From the NCBI GenBank assembly GCA_018668595.1, contig JABJCP010000035.1:216978-280977 (forward strand): a stretch of DNA of 64,000 nucleotides, in the 5' to 3' direction. Below the pieces are notes generated by a model, which did not search any database, was not told the DNA's origin, and saw nothing but the letters and a program-made list of their open reading frames with translations. Below are positions 38,937-48,660 of this stretch, piece by piece; within the stretch, counting starts at the first letter, position 1; every line of letters starts with the position of its first letter. The position numbers and the translations under genes were made by a program. Origin of the DNA: Candidatus Woesearchaeota archaeon. Its GTDB lineage: Archaea > Nanobdellota > Nanobdellia > Woesearchaeales > UBA11576.

Positions 38937-39118
38937 GCAGCACTACCTTGGCATACAGTTGAATTAGTTTACTAATTCAATTGTGTTAAAACGCAGTTTT
39001 GATTCTGTCAGCGACGAGCATAGCGAGAAGCTGATTTATTGTGATAAAACGGCTGATTCATGCAAGCCGTTTTAGTTATTTCAAATTCATAGAATTTGAT
39101 GAATTGCCGTAGTGCTGC
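38937..39118 (+). ncRNA. Dispersed ~180-nt structured element, copy 2
   Basis: Terminal stem gcagcactac/gtagtgctgc. Hairpin taaaacggct-GATTCATGCA-agccgtttta. Confidence 0.8.
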
Positions 39119-39411
39119 AAAAAATAAGTAGTCAAGTAGATCTATATTTCTAAAAAATAAGTCTCACAACATCTCATCAAAACCTAAATCTTTCCATCAA
39201 AAATAAACTAAAACATTCAATCAAAAACTAAATTCTATAAACACTACAAATTAAGAAATAATCCAAACACATTGTCGACAAAACACCAATTCAACACAAT
39301 CAAATAATAAAATAAATATTATCCAATAACAAAGTAGAAATAAAACAAACATGAATAATTAAAATAAAAACAATTGTCGAAATAATACAAACAGAAAAAT
39401 ATCAAATTTAA

Positions 39412-40587
39412 TCAAACTTGTTTTGTTTCAAAAAAGTGAGTGTTAAAAAACTCGGAGCCTTTGGCCATAATTTTCTTTTTTCCTTTTACAGATTCAAATA
39501 CTTTTTTTTGCTTAGTGGTTAATTCAGAATTATACTTTGCTTCAATTAAATATTCTTTAGTGATAAAATCTATTTCAGTTAAATTTTCAATAAAATAACT
39601 AGGATTAAGATGTTTAATTTTCAGAAATACTAAGTTTTCATAACTAGCACCTAAATCTCTAAATCCTGTAATCATATTTTTAATGCCGACATCCCCTATA
39701 TATATTTTCTTTGGAGCGGTAGTTTGCTGATTGTGAGATTTTGCAAATTTGTCGACGGTGTAAAACAAATATGCTTTTTCAAAATAATTTACAAATCGTT
39801 TAATAGAATCCACTGAAATATGGAGAATTCTAGAAAGTTTATTATAACTTATTATTTTACCTGCGCGCTCACATAAAAGCACAAACAATTCTTTAATAAT
39901 TTTTTCATTTGTAATTTTATAGTTTACTATTATATCTTTGTAGATTATACTTTGAACTAATTCATTTAAATATTCTTTATCTTCTGTAATAACATATTGT
40001 GGAATTCCTCCAATTTTCAGATAATCTTTAAAATATGATTCTTTAAGTTCTTGATCTGCTTTTGAAATTTTGATTTTTTTGAAATCTAAAAATTCTTGGA
40101 ATGTTAAAGGCATTACTTCGATTGTTTTTGTTCGTCCAGTTAACAAAGAACTTTTATCTCTCATTAACGTTGCAATGGAGGAAGAACATATCACTTTAAT
40201 ATTTTCTGAGTCATAGATGCTTTTCAGTTCTTGTTCAAATTCATCTTTGGCAGTTACTTCATCAAGAATTAAATAAAAAAAATCCTTAACAGATTTTTTA
40301 TGAATTTCCCTGTATTTTTCAATTATCTGATGAATGTTAAAGTTCAAGAGTTTAAATGTATCAAGACTAACATAGCATATATCTGTTGGTTCGGTATTTT
40401 CTAATAATTTTGAGATTATTTGTTTAAGAATTGTTGTTTTTCCAATTCTGCGAAGTCCTGTAAGAAATATAATTTCTTTTGAATCTAAATTGCTTATTAT
40501 TTTTTCTACGTAAAATTCTCGTTTAATGCTACTCTCTTCAAATTTTGATTCCCACCAAGCGTTTTGTTTAAAGAGTTCTGATTCCAT
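39412..40587 (-). CDS. AAA+ ATPase (AAA_14 plus DUF4143 type)
   Basis: GLRRIGKT Walker A, LILDEV Walker B, LTGR, PLTFQEF, GGIP, KKIYIGDVG, EIDF...EAK. Confidence 0.88.
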   Translation of the reverse strand: MESELFKQNAWWESKFEESSIKREFYVEKIISNLDSKEIIFLTGLRRIGKTTILKQIISKLLENTEPTDICYVSLDTFKLLNFNIHQIIEKYREIHKKSVKDFFYLILDEVTAKDEFEQELKSIYDSENIKVICSSSIATLMRDKSSLLTGRTKTIEVMPLTFQEFLDFKKIKISKADQELKESYFKDYLKIGGIPQYVITEDKEYLNELVQSIIYKDIIVNYKITNEKIIKELFVLLCERAGKIISYNKLSRILHISVDSIKRFVNYFEKAYLFYTVDKFAKSHNQQTTAPKKIYIGDVGIKNMITGFRDLGASYENLVFLKIKHLNPSYFIENLTEIDFITKEYLIEAKYNSELTTKQKKVFESVKGKKKIMAKGSEFFNTHFFETKQV

Positions 40588-40620
40588 ATGACACAAAAAG
40601 TTAAACTAGTTTATAAACTT

Positions 40621-40667
40621 TACGATATAATAGTACAAATTATGAATTTTTGTACGATGTCATCGTA
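40621..40667. promoter_or_regulatory. Two TACGAT-N3-ATMGTA palindromes at the ATPase promoter
   Basis: tacgat-ata-atagta at 40621-40635 and tacgat-gtc-atcgta at 40653-40667, next to the TATA at ~40610-40617. Confidence 0.55.
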
Positions 40668-40735
40668 TAGTTTTTAAATAAGACTATGTTTTTAAATTTA
40701 ATAATTTATTTAATATTTCAAAAGAAAAGTGAAGA

Positions 40736-41272
40736 TTAGCTAAGATTTTTCCCAACAATTATTCCGCTAGTCCCATCAGCATAAAATCTTGGAACTAATA
40801 CCAAATCTTTAAAATTGAATTTTTTAAGTAAATGGTATGATTCTCCGTTTACACCTTTCCAACAAGTTGCATAAGTTTGTTTAGAATCTGTTTTTTTTAT
40901 ATCTTCTAAAATTCGATTAACTAATTCAACGCCTATTCCTTTTTTTCTATAATCTTTTTTTACTGCGAGCATTTCAATAGCTTTTGCATTTTCTTCATAC
41001 TTAAAGTCTGAATAAAATGCTGTTGAATCTTCATAAAGAAGTCTTTCTAAATCAGGAATTGTTCGATAAAGTCCAAAACCAACAGGAACATTATTCTCAT
41101 AAGCCATCACAACTCCAGTTCCAGGATTATTTAACCAAGGAAGAATTATTGGAAGATATTCTGCTTTAGATTCACGACCATTAGGGCCTTTGAATAATTC
41201 AAATGCTAAATCTAGAACAAACTCGGGGTCAGATTCGTTTTTGAATGCATTAGATATTAACTCTATTGCCAT
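40736..41272 (-). CDS. GNAT family N-acetyltransferase
   Basis: LAVKKDYRKKGIG acetyl-CoA binding motif A. Confidence 0.88.
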   Translation of the reverse strand: MAIELISNAFKNESDPEFVLDLAFELFKGPNGRESKAEYLPIILPWLNNPGTGVVMAYENNVPVGFGLYRTIPDLERLLYEDSTAFYSDFKYEENAKAIEMLAVKKDYRKKGIGVELVNRILEDIKKTDSKQTYATCWKGVNGESYHLLKKFNFKDLVLVPRFYADGTSGIIVGKNLS

Positions 41273-41314
41273 AATCGTGTAGATTTAGAAGGTGCTATTT
41301 AAAGTTTATTATTA

Positions 41315-41336
41315 TTAACCACTACCAAGTGGTTAA
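41315..41336. promoter_or_regulatory. Perfect palindromic site between divergent promoters
   Basis: TTAACCACT-acca-AGTGGTTAA. A TATA-like box lies 14 bp from the core on both strands. Confidence 0.75.
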
Positions 41337-41403
41337 AAAGCGAAAGATTTATAAATAGTAATCAGTTTAGAAGCTCTAAATATTAAATTTGTGTTGAGAT
41401 AAA

Positions 41404-43524
41404 ATGGCGAAAAAATTAAAAGAAGATTTATCGAAATCATTAGACCAGAGATTAAAAGATGAGCTTAATTTTTCTGATAAAGATGTTGATTCCTTTAAAT
41501 CTGCTCGTTTTTCTTTACGTGCAGATCAACCTTCAAAAAAATTAGAGTTAATTGAACAAAATCCTGATTTATTGTTTAAGTATGTTCGGGTTTGTAAGGA
41601 TCTATTTCCTAAATACTACTTCTACTTGGGTGGATTAACTGCAATTTGGAAATGTCCAATTGATTTTTATGAAAAATTAGATACTCTTACAGAAATCTTA
41701 GATCATATTAGTGCAAAGCCAGAATATGCTTCTACAGATTGGCTTACATCAGGTTTCAACCATCTATTTGAAAACAAAAAACTTTATACTAAATTAAAAC
41801 AAAACAAAAAATATGTTTTAGAATTATTTGAACGTTTTGGTTTAGCAGCAGTAAGTTTACTTCAGTTACCTAACCGAGAAGTTTTGAAATTTACTGATGA
41901 ATTCGAAGAAATTTGTAAATATGTAAAATCTGATTCAAAAAAATCATTAGATTGTATCAATAAACGTAGAGATTTTATTAATTCTCAAAATTTATCTTAT
42001 ATTATTGAATTTGCAAAAAGTATTGAAGGAGATGAAACTTACTCTTTGAGCGGCGCATTTACTTTATCTGCACTTGGAAAATTTGATATTGGCGAAAAAA
42101 AATCTTGGGAACTTTTAAAAAAATATAGGAGTGGTATGTGGGGTTTGCTTAATGGTTTAGATGAAGTTAAATTATCTAAATACAATCAAAGACCAGATTG
42201 TTTTTTTAAATTTGAAGAAACGTATGGTTGGATAACGGATATAATTTTAGATTTTTCATCACGTAAAAATTTTGATTTCGTTATTAATCAATTAAATACA
42301 TATAATTTTCTTGAGTGGTTTGAAAAACCTAGTTATTTATTGAGATGCATTCCTGAATCTTCAGTAGATTTAGAAACAATTAATAAACTCCCTGATGAGT
42401 TTTTGAATGCGAATCCAGAACACACATTGGATTTATTCAAGCGTTATGGTTGTGCTGTTTTTTCTGTTCTTGAAAAAGAATTTAAAAATCCTGGCTTTGA
42501 AAAAAAGCATAGATCGTTTATTGAAAAAGTGAGTGAGTATGATCCTGAAGGTGATTGGTTAAGAACTATTGATGTTGATTTGATTGAGTCTCGACCAGAA
42601 TTTGTATTAGAATTAGCAAAACATGCGAAATATTGTACGCATAATGTTTTTGAATTATTCGGGTATATAGATCAGAAGATGCTTGAGTCTATATTAAATT
42701 CAGAAGAAGACATTCTTAAAATTGCAAAGTTGGCAGGAGTTGGTGCTGCAGGAGCAATTCATAGATATCATGATGAATTAAACAATCCCAAACTAGTAAA
42801 AAAAAGATTAAAAGTTTGTGAAAAAAATAAAGAATTATTTGGCATTACTCATTTTGGTCGTTATGAACCAGAAACTTTAGAAGAAAATCTACAAAATTTA
42901 GAAACTCCTAATGATGGTTCTAAACCTATTTGTTTGTCTATTCTTAATCAGTACGATTGGAATACTGCATTTGAAACTAATAAAGTGATTGGTAAGTTAG
43001 GAAGATTTAGCAAAGGATACAGATTTGTAAATTATGAAACTGATAATTCTCCTGATATTTTTAGAATAATTAAAGAAACTTATGAGCGAGAAGGAGAAAT
43101 TTCAGTATTGCTTTTAGGCGGACATGGAACTTCTGTCTCAATGTGTTATGGGCATAGCCTTTATACAGATAATTTGCATTCCAGCGATGACATAATTGAT
43201 TCAGGCCAAGGAGAAAAATATTTTTCAGTTTTAGATCAAGAAAAATTAGCAGAATTAGAATATTGTTTTGCTCCTGACGCAAAGATTGTTTTAATGGGTT
43301 GCAGTAATGCGAAAAAAAACTATTGGTCAAATGAAGATAATTTAATGAAATCAGTTTCAAAAGCACTTCCTGGAAGAAGAGTTTATGCACCCAAAGAAGA
43401 TTGTAATGTTATAAATCCAAAATTCTACAAAACAGGATTACTCAAAACTGTTCAATTTCAATGGTGGGATGACATGGAAGGAAAATCAATAAGAAATCTT
43501 TCAGCTTCAATTTGTCAGAGATGA
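41404..43524 (+). CDS. Large helical protein with C-terminal clan-CD-like His/Cys domain
   Basis: LLLGGHGT...IVLMGCSNA dyad-like motifs in the last ~200 aa. Confidence 0.65.
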   Translation: MAKKLKEDLSKSLDQRLKDELNFSDKDVDSFKSARFSLRADQPSKKLELIEQNPDLLFKYVRVCKDLFPKYYFYLGGLTAIWKCPIDFYEKLDTLTEILDHISAKPEYASTDWLTSGFNHLFENKKLYTKLKQNKKYVLELFERFGLAAVSLLQLPNREVLKFTDEFEEICKYVKSDSKKSLDCINKRRDFINSQNLSYIIEFAKSIEGDETYSLSGAFTLSALGKFDIGEKKSWELLKKYRSGMWGLLNGLDEVKLSKYNQRPDCFFKFEETYGWITDIILDFSSRKNFDFVINQLNTYNFLEWFEKPSYLLRCIPESSVDLETINKLPDEFLNANPEHTLDLFKRYGCAVFSVLEKEFKNPGFEKKHRSFIEKVSEYDPEGDWLRTIDVDLIESRPEFVLELAKHAKYCTHNVFELFGYIDQKMLESILNSEEDILKIAKLAGVGAAGAIHRYHDELNNPKLVKKRLKVCEKNKELFGITHFGRYEPETLEENLQNLETPNDGSKPICLSILNQYDWNTAFETNKVIGKLGRFSKGYRFVNYETDNSPDIFRIIKETYEREGEISVLLLGGHGTSVSMCYGHSLYTDNLHSSDDIIDSGQGEKYFSVLDQEKLAELEYCFAPDAKIVLMGCSNAKKNYWSNEDNLMKSVSKALPGRRVYAPKEDCNVINPKFYKTGLLKTVQFQWWDDMEGKSIRNLSASICQR

Positions 43525-43744
43525 TTAGCTTACAGTTTTTACATTTTAAGATATAATTACGCAACATGTAGTTTGGAGCAAGGTGTTGATTTGTATTATA
43601 TTCAACGAATTCTTGGGCATACTGGTGTGACCATTTACAAATGTTAAAGCTAAATTTGTTAGTGGTAAGTTGAGCAGAGATGAATTTAAAGAGAAGTATT
43701 TGTTGTTAAATAGTCTTGAAAGTGTTAATTGTGGTGTTTTTTAA
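43525..43744 (+). pseudogene. Tyrosine recombinase/integrase C-terminal remnant
   Basis: Translates FYILRYNYATCSLEQGVDLYYIQRILGH, a decayed HxLRHSFATxLLExGxDxxxIQxLLGH box. No start codon, frameshifted tail. Confidence 0.8.
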
Positions 43745-43796
43745 CGAAACATTTTTATATTATAAGGTGTCAATAAGTATCACTTTATGATTTAAA

Positions 43797-44426
43797 ATGA
43801 AATATGGATTATTAGTGAAAAAATTGAATTTAATTGATAAGAATATTATTGTGTCTGATGATTTGAAGAGCTATTGCTCTATTTTAAAGATGGAGTATCT
43901 TGATGCTATTAAATATTTAATTAGGCATAAGTATCTTCATCGCATTATGAGGGGAATTTTTTATAATCCTTCAATTAGAGAGCGAAAGATGGGTGGGTTT
44001 GATATTACTTATAGAGAAGCAATTGTTAAGGCTTTGGAAATTAAAGGGGTAAATGATTGGTATTTTGGGCTTGAAACTGCACTTAAACTTAACAATCTCA
44101 CACACGAATTTTTTGTTGTTGATTACATTCTAAATGATAAAATTAGTAGACGTAAGTCTTTAGAAGTTTTTGGTAACAAAATAAAATTTGTTAAAGTTAA
44201 ACCCAAACTTTGTAAGTTAGGTATTAAAAAGTTGAAGTATATGAAATTTTCTGATGTTGAGAAAACTATTCTTGATTTTGTTTATTTGTTAAAATACAGG
44301 GGTTTTTCTGATGCTATTGTAAAAAATAAAATTATTGATTATTTAGAATTTGCTTCGAAAGAAAAATTATTAAGTTATTCAAAAAAATATAATAAAAAAG
44401 TCGAAGAGTTTGTGAGGTCACTGTGA
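43797..44426 (+). CDS. AbiEi-like type IV antitoxin
   Basis: RIMRGIFY, WYFGLETALKLNNLT and FSDVEKTILD motifs. Overlaps the toxin gene. Confidence 0.8.
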   Translation: MKYGLLVKKLNLIDKNIIVSDDLKSYCSILKMEYLDAIKYLIRHKYLHRIMRGIFYNPSIRERKMGGFDITYREAIVKALEIKGVNDWYFGLETALKLNNLTHEFFVVDYILNDKISRRKSLEVFGNKIKFVKVKPKLCKLGIKKLKYMKFSDVEKTILDFVYLLKYRGFSDAIVKNKIIDYLEFASKEKLLSYSKKYNKKVEEFVRSL

Positions 44427-45331
44427 AAGATTTAATTATTTATTTGGCAGATACTTTAAAGATTAAGAATCATTTACTATTAGAAAAAGATATTCTTCTT
44501 CACAGAATTTTAATTAGATTAATGAATACTTCTTTTAAAGAAAATTATGCTTTTAAAGGAGGGACTTGCCTTACCAAGTGCTATCTTGGTTATTATCGTT
44601 TCTCAGAAGATTTAGATTTTACTTTTATTCATCAAAATGAGTTTGAAGGGTTTAGCCAAAAAAAGTTAAGAAAAATATTATCTAAAAAAATCAATAAAGT
44701 TTTAGAACAGCTTGTTCTTCTAGCTAAAGATTTGAAACTTGATTTCAAATTAGACAAGTCAGATTCAAGATATGTGGTGCTTGGTGGTAACAATAAATTT
44801 GTAACATTTAAATTATGGTATAAACCAGTAGTTGGAGTTAAAGAAGAGTTCATAAAAGTTCAAATAAACTATTATGAATTAATTATTAATAATATTGTTA
44901 AAATGCAAGCCCATAGTTTATTTTCTTCAATACCTAAAAACGAAATTGAACTGCTTCAACCAGAGCATGTTGATTTAATAGATGACGTTGAACTTATGGC
45001 TTATTCTTTGAACGAGATTTTTCTTGAAAAAATAAGAGCTATTCTTACAAGGAGAGGAACAAAAAGCAGAGATTATATTGATTTGTATTTGATAACAGAA
45101 AAAATAAATGTTAATTTTGAGAAAGAAGAAGAAAATATTTTAAGAAAGATTAAATTTATGTTGGTTTATGATAAGTATCTGCAAAATTTGTCTGTTATTA
45201 ATCCTGAGAATTTAATTCTTGGCGAAGAAGAAAATCTTCTTTTAGAACCGCTTGATAAAAATTTTGAAAAATTCTTGCCTAGTTTTTTTGAATATTTAAA
45301 ACAATTAGAAGAAAAATTAAATGCTAAATAG
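44423..45331 (+). CDS. AbiEii/AbiGii-family nucleotidyltransferase toxin
   Basis: LLEKD, AFKGGTCL, YRFSEDLDF, EKIRA, RDYIDLY. Confidence 0.9.
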   Translation: MKDLIIYLADTLKIKNHLLLEKDILLHRILIRLMNTSFKENYAFKGGTCLTKCYLGYYRFSEDLDFTFIHQNEFEGFSQKKLRKILSKKINKVLEQLVLLAKDLKLDFKLDKSDSRYVVLGGNNKFVTFKLWYKPVVGVKEEFIKVQINYYELIINNIVKMQAHSLFSSIPKNEIELLQPEHVDLIDDVELMAYSLNEIFLEKIRAILTRRGTKSRDYIDLYLITEKINVNFEKEEENILRKIKFMLVYDKYLQNLSVINPENLILGEEENLLLEPLDKNFEKFLPSFFEYLKQLEEKLNAK

Positions 45332-45434
45332 TGAACAATTGTTTACTGTAGAGTATTTTTTTTGGGTAACTGTGTTGGCAACTATTCATTATCAAAATCA
45401 ATATTGTCTAAACAAAAAAACAAATCTTCCAATT

Positions 45435-45941
45435 TCATTTCTTCAGCATTATCTCAACAACATTCTTCAATTTATTATCTCTAACAGTCAATAAATTTAA
45501 TCTATCGACCACACATTCAAAATCTAATTCATGATTTTGTCGTATTTCTTTTATTGCGCGATTAATCTCGGCTCTAGATTCAAAAACTCCTAATGTCAAA
45601 TGTGGAATTACTGGGATCTTTTTCAAATATTTTTTATATTTTGACTTGTAAAATCTTTTATGAATTTTATTAATAACCGACTTACCCTTTCCAACAATTA
45701 AATACAAATAATATTCTGTTGGTGATGCACAAACTCCTCGAAGTCGCATTTCAAACTTACCAATTCCAGAAACTGATTTCTTAATCTGTAATAAAATTTC
45801 TTTTTTGGATTCAGAAGAAGGAATTGGATAAACAACAGTAACATGAGGTTTAATATTAGCACATCCAGGATCATATTTCCGACGTATCTTTTGAATAGAT
45901 TTTTGTTTAATCTTGGGAAATATTGTTATTGCGTAGATCAT
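45435..45941 (-). CDS. 2H phosphoesterase / 2'-5' RNA ligase family
   Basis: Two HxT motifs, PHVTV and PHLTL. Confidence 0.88.
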   Translation of the reverse strand: MIYAITIFPKIKQKSIQKIRRKYDPGCANIKPHVTVVYPIPSSESKKEILLQIKKSVSGIGKFEMRLRGVCASPTEYYLYLIVGKGKSVINKIHKRFYKSKYKKYLKKIPVIPHLTLGVFESRAEINRAIKEIRQNHELDFECVVDRLNLLTVRDNKLKNVVEIMLKK

Positions 45942-46918
45942 TTTATCAACTCTTTTGGGAAGTAATCTATTTTGTATTCATCAAATATTATTATTGATTC
46001 ATATGTTTTTATAACGTCTGAAAACTTTTCTTTTAATTCTAGCAAAACTTCTTTAAACTCTTTTGTATCTTTGACGTGTATGTCGAGCATTAAATTATAA
46101 TTTCCAATTGTATTTGTCACGTAATAAATATTGTCTTGTTCTTTGCAAAAATTAATGAATTCATTTTTTCTTTTTTTATTTGTGAGTTGAAATTGTATCA
46201 ATAACAGATGCCATTGAAAACCTAATTTGCTAACATTTATTTTGGGTTTAAAACCTTCTATTATTTGTTCTTTAATTAATTTTTTTAAATTATATCTTAC
46301 TGTGTGAACTGGAATTTTTGTTTTTTGCGATATTTGAAATGCATTTAGTCTTGCATTTTGAGAAATTGTTTCAATTATTTTTTTGTCTTGGTTATTTAAT
46401 TCTACTAGTTTTAATTTTTCAGTTTGTTTAATTTTATTTGTATTTTTAGTTTTGAGAAATTTATAGTGTATATGTTCTGATGTGATTAAGTTAGTAAACG
46501 AATATTCGTGAACATGTTCTCCGCATAGATCTAATATTTCACTAAGTAGTTCATCAAATTCTGAAATTGATTTTGAGTATGTTAATAGAATTAGATCCCA
46601 TCTTCCTGTTCCACTAACTAGCCAACCAACATAATTTAGTTTAGTTAATTTTTTTATTAAGTTTTGTTCTTGTTCTTTGTTTATTTTTTGTAGTTGTAAA
46701 AACACATAGTTTGAGTTTAATCCTAATCGACCTACATTAATTATTGTATAGAAATTGGTTATTATTTTTTTATTAATTAGTTTTTGTATTCTGTAATTAA
46801 TTACTTGTTTGCTTACGCCTATTTTATTTGAAATTAGAGTATCTGATTGTCTGGCATCTGCATCTAATTGAGCAAGGAGTTTTCTATCTTTTTCATCTAT
46901 GTCCAAAATATAAGTCAT
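45938..46918 (-). CDS. Lrp/AsnC family regulator with two tandem HTH-RAM units
   Basis: DEKDRKLLAQLDADAR...GRWDL and QDKKIIETISQNAR...GNYNL. Confidence 0.88.
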   Translation of the reverse strand: MTYILDIDEKDRKLLAQLDADARQSDTLISNKIGVSKQVINYRIQKLINKKIITNFYTIINVGRLGLNSNYVFLQLQKINKEQEQNLIKKLTKLNYVGWLVSGTGRWDLILLTYSKSISEFDELLSEILDLCGEHVHEYSFTNLITSEHIHYKFLKTKNTNKIKQTEKLKLVELNNQDKKIIETISQNARLNAFQISQKTKIPVHTVRYNLKKLIKEQIIEGFKPKINVSKLGFQWHLLLIQFQLTNKKRKNEFINFCKEQDNIYYVTNTIGNYNLMLDIHVKDTKEFKEVLLELKEKFSDVIKTYESIIIFDEYKIDYFPKELIK

Positions 46919-47042
46919 ATTCTTTATTAAGTAATAAATAGTATATAAATTTTATCATTTTGTCAATTTAATTACTGCAAAATTTTAAATATAGGTATAG
47001 TACTATTGAGTAGTATTAAAATTGAATTGAGGTGAATTGAAT

Positions 47043-47459
47043 ATGAATATTCAAAATATTAAAAATAAAATAGTACAAAAAACAAAAAGAGCAGTAGATT
47101 GCGGAATTACAATTGGTGTGTTAACGCTTTTTGGAGCAAGTATAACTATTGCAGTAAACGCGCCATTAATTCCAATTCAAGCAGGAATAGAATGTTTGCT
47201 TGACGAAGACCAAATAACTGCAGAAGGGACTTTAATGGAAATAAAATCCAGAACAATGATGCAGACAAAAGGTATGCTTTATTCGGGAGTTTTTGAATTA
47301 GATTCTGGAGAAACTATTGAGTTGTATGATTCGTCTAGAATTCTTGAAGGTAAATATTTTGCAAACAGCATTATGCTGAATTTAGAAATTGGAGAAAAAT
47401 ATGTGATGGAATTTCAAGGTTCTGATATGTTGGGCTATGTTATTACAGACACAAATTAA
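47043..47459 (+). CDS. Membrane-anchored hypothetical protein
   Basis: SD GAGGTGA, one TM segment, beta-rich C-terminus. Confidence 0.65.
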   Translation: MNIQNIKNKIVQKTKRAVDCGITIGVLTLFGASITIAVNAPLIPIQAGIECLLDEDQITAEGTLMEIKSRTMMQTKGMLYSGVFELDSGETIELYDSSRILEGKYFANSIMLNLEIGEKYVMEFQGSDMLGYVITDTN

Positions 47460-47567
47460 TTTTTTTTATTTGATTTTAGTTTTTTATTTGCTTTTAACCA
47501 AAACATTTATATATAAAACACGTTTTAATATTAAAATATATTGTAAATCTAAAATTTGGAGGTCAAA

Positions 47568-47843
47568 ATGGAATTTGCTATAACTAAACTTTCACAAAAC
47601 GGTCAGGTCGTTATACCGTCTGAAATAAGAAAAGATGCTAATCTGGCGCCATCAACTAAATTTATTGTCTTTAATCAAGGAGGAAATATTTTGCTAAAAC
47701 AGGTGACAAAAGAAGCACTATTAAGAGAAATGCAGCTTGCAGAATCAATTTTGAGAAGTGAAGAAGAAATAGCCAAAGGAAAAGTGACTAGAGTAAATGC
47801 AAAAATGTCTGATAATGAAATCGATTCTTTATTGATGGACTAA
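47568..47843 (+). CDS. AbrB/MazE-type antitoxin
   Basis: TKLSQNGQVVIPSEIRK. SD GGAGG. Confidence 0.88.
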   Translation: MEFAITKLSQNGQVVIPSEIRKDANLAPSTKFIVFNQGGNILLKQVTKEALLREMQLAESILRSEEEIAKGKVTRVNAKMSDNEIDSLLMD

Positions 47844-47852
47844 GTGACTAAA

Positions 47853-48098
47853 ATGGAAATTATTTTTTCAGAGAGTTTCAAAAAAGATTTTAAAAGAATA
47901 AAAGAGAAATCACTTAGATTGAGGTTAATTAAACAGATTAAAAAATTAGCTACGCTTCCTGATTCTGGAAAACCACTTAAACACAATCTAAAAAATCATA
48001 GATCAATTAGGATTCCTCCATTTAGAATTATTTATAGAATTGAAGATGATAAAATCATTATTAATTGTTTTGATCATAGAAAAGCAGTGTATAAATGA
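47853..48098 (+). CDS. relE: RelE/ParE family toxin
   Basis: FSESFKKDFK...GKPLK...RSIRIPPFRIIY...HRKAVY. Confidence 0.88.
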   Translation: MEIIFSESFKKDFKRIKEKSLRLRLIKQIKKLATLPDSGKPLKHNLKNHRSIRIPPFRIIYRIEDDKIIINCFDHRKAVYK

Positions 48099-48194
48099 TT
48101 GTTCCCTACTCTTTCAGCAAACTTTATATAATTTAAAATAATAAACATTGATTAATCAAATTTACTTTAAAAAGTAATAAATGAGGCGATATAT

Positions 48195-48641
48195 ATGAGT
48201 TTTTTTCATCAAACATTTAATAAATTCTATGAACTTTGGCACAAAGCAATAACAATTCATGATCATGGAAAGGATCTAAATGAATGTTTTCATACAATTA
48301 ACCAGCTTCAGGATGAAGCAGATACTAGCATTAGAATTATTAATGGGGAGATAACTTCATTAGAAAAGGTTAGTAGTGATTCTGCAGAACTTGCTAGTAA
48401 ATTGAGTTGTGCTAAAGACGCACTTAACAAACTTATTAAAGATGGTAGTAAAGAACGTTATGAGTTTATGTTAAGAAAAAAACCAGAAGCTGAATTTAAT
48501 GAATATAGGCGTAAAATAAGAAACCACATTAGCGAAATCACGCAAGAGTTAGTAAGATGTCATGATTTATTCAAAGAACTTGACAAAGATCACGAATTAC
48601 TAAAAGACAAAGAACACAAGTTCGTAGAAGAAATACAATAA
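48195..48641 (+). CDS. Hypothetical coiled-coil protein
   Basis: 148-aa ORF. SD GAGGCGA. Confidence 0.65.
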   Translation: MSFFHQTFNKFYELWHKAITIHDHGKDLNECFHTINQLQDEADTSIRIINGEITSLEKVSSDSAELASKLSCAKDALNKLIKDGSKERYEFMLRKKPEAEFNEYRRKIRNHISEITQELVRCHDLFKELDKDHELLKDKEHKFVEEIQ

Positions 48642-48660
48642 ATTTAATTTTTTTCTTTTT

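Noticed and set aside
32535-39232. CRISPR array
   Set aside because: The short repeats are irregularly spaced by whole genes and no cas genes are present.
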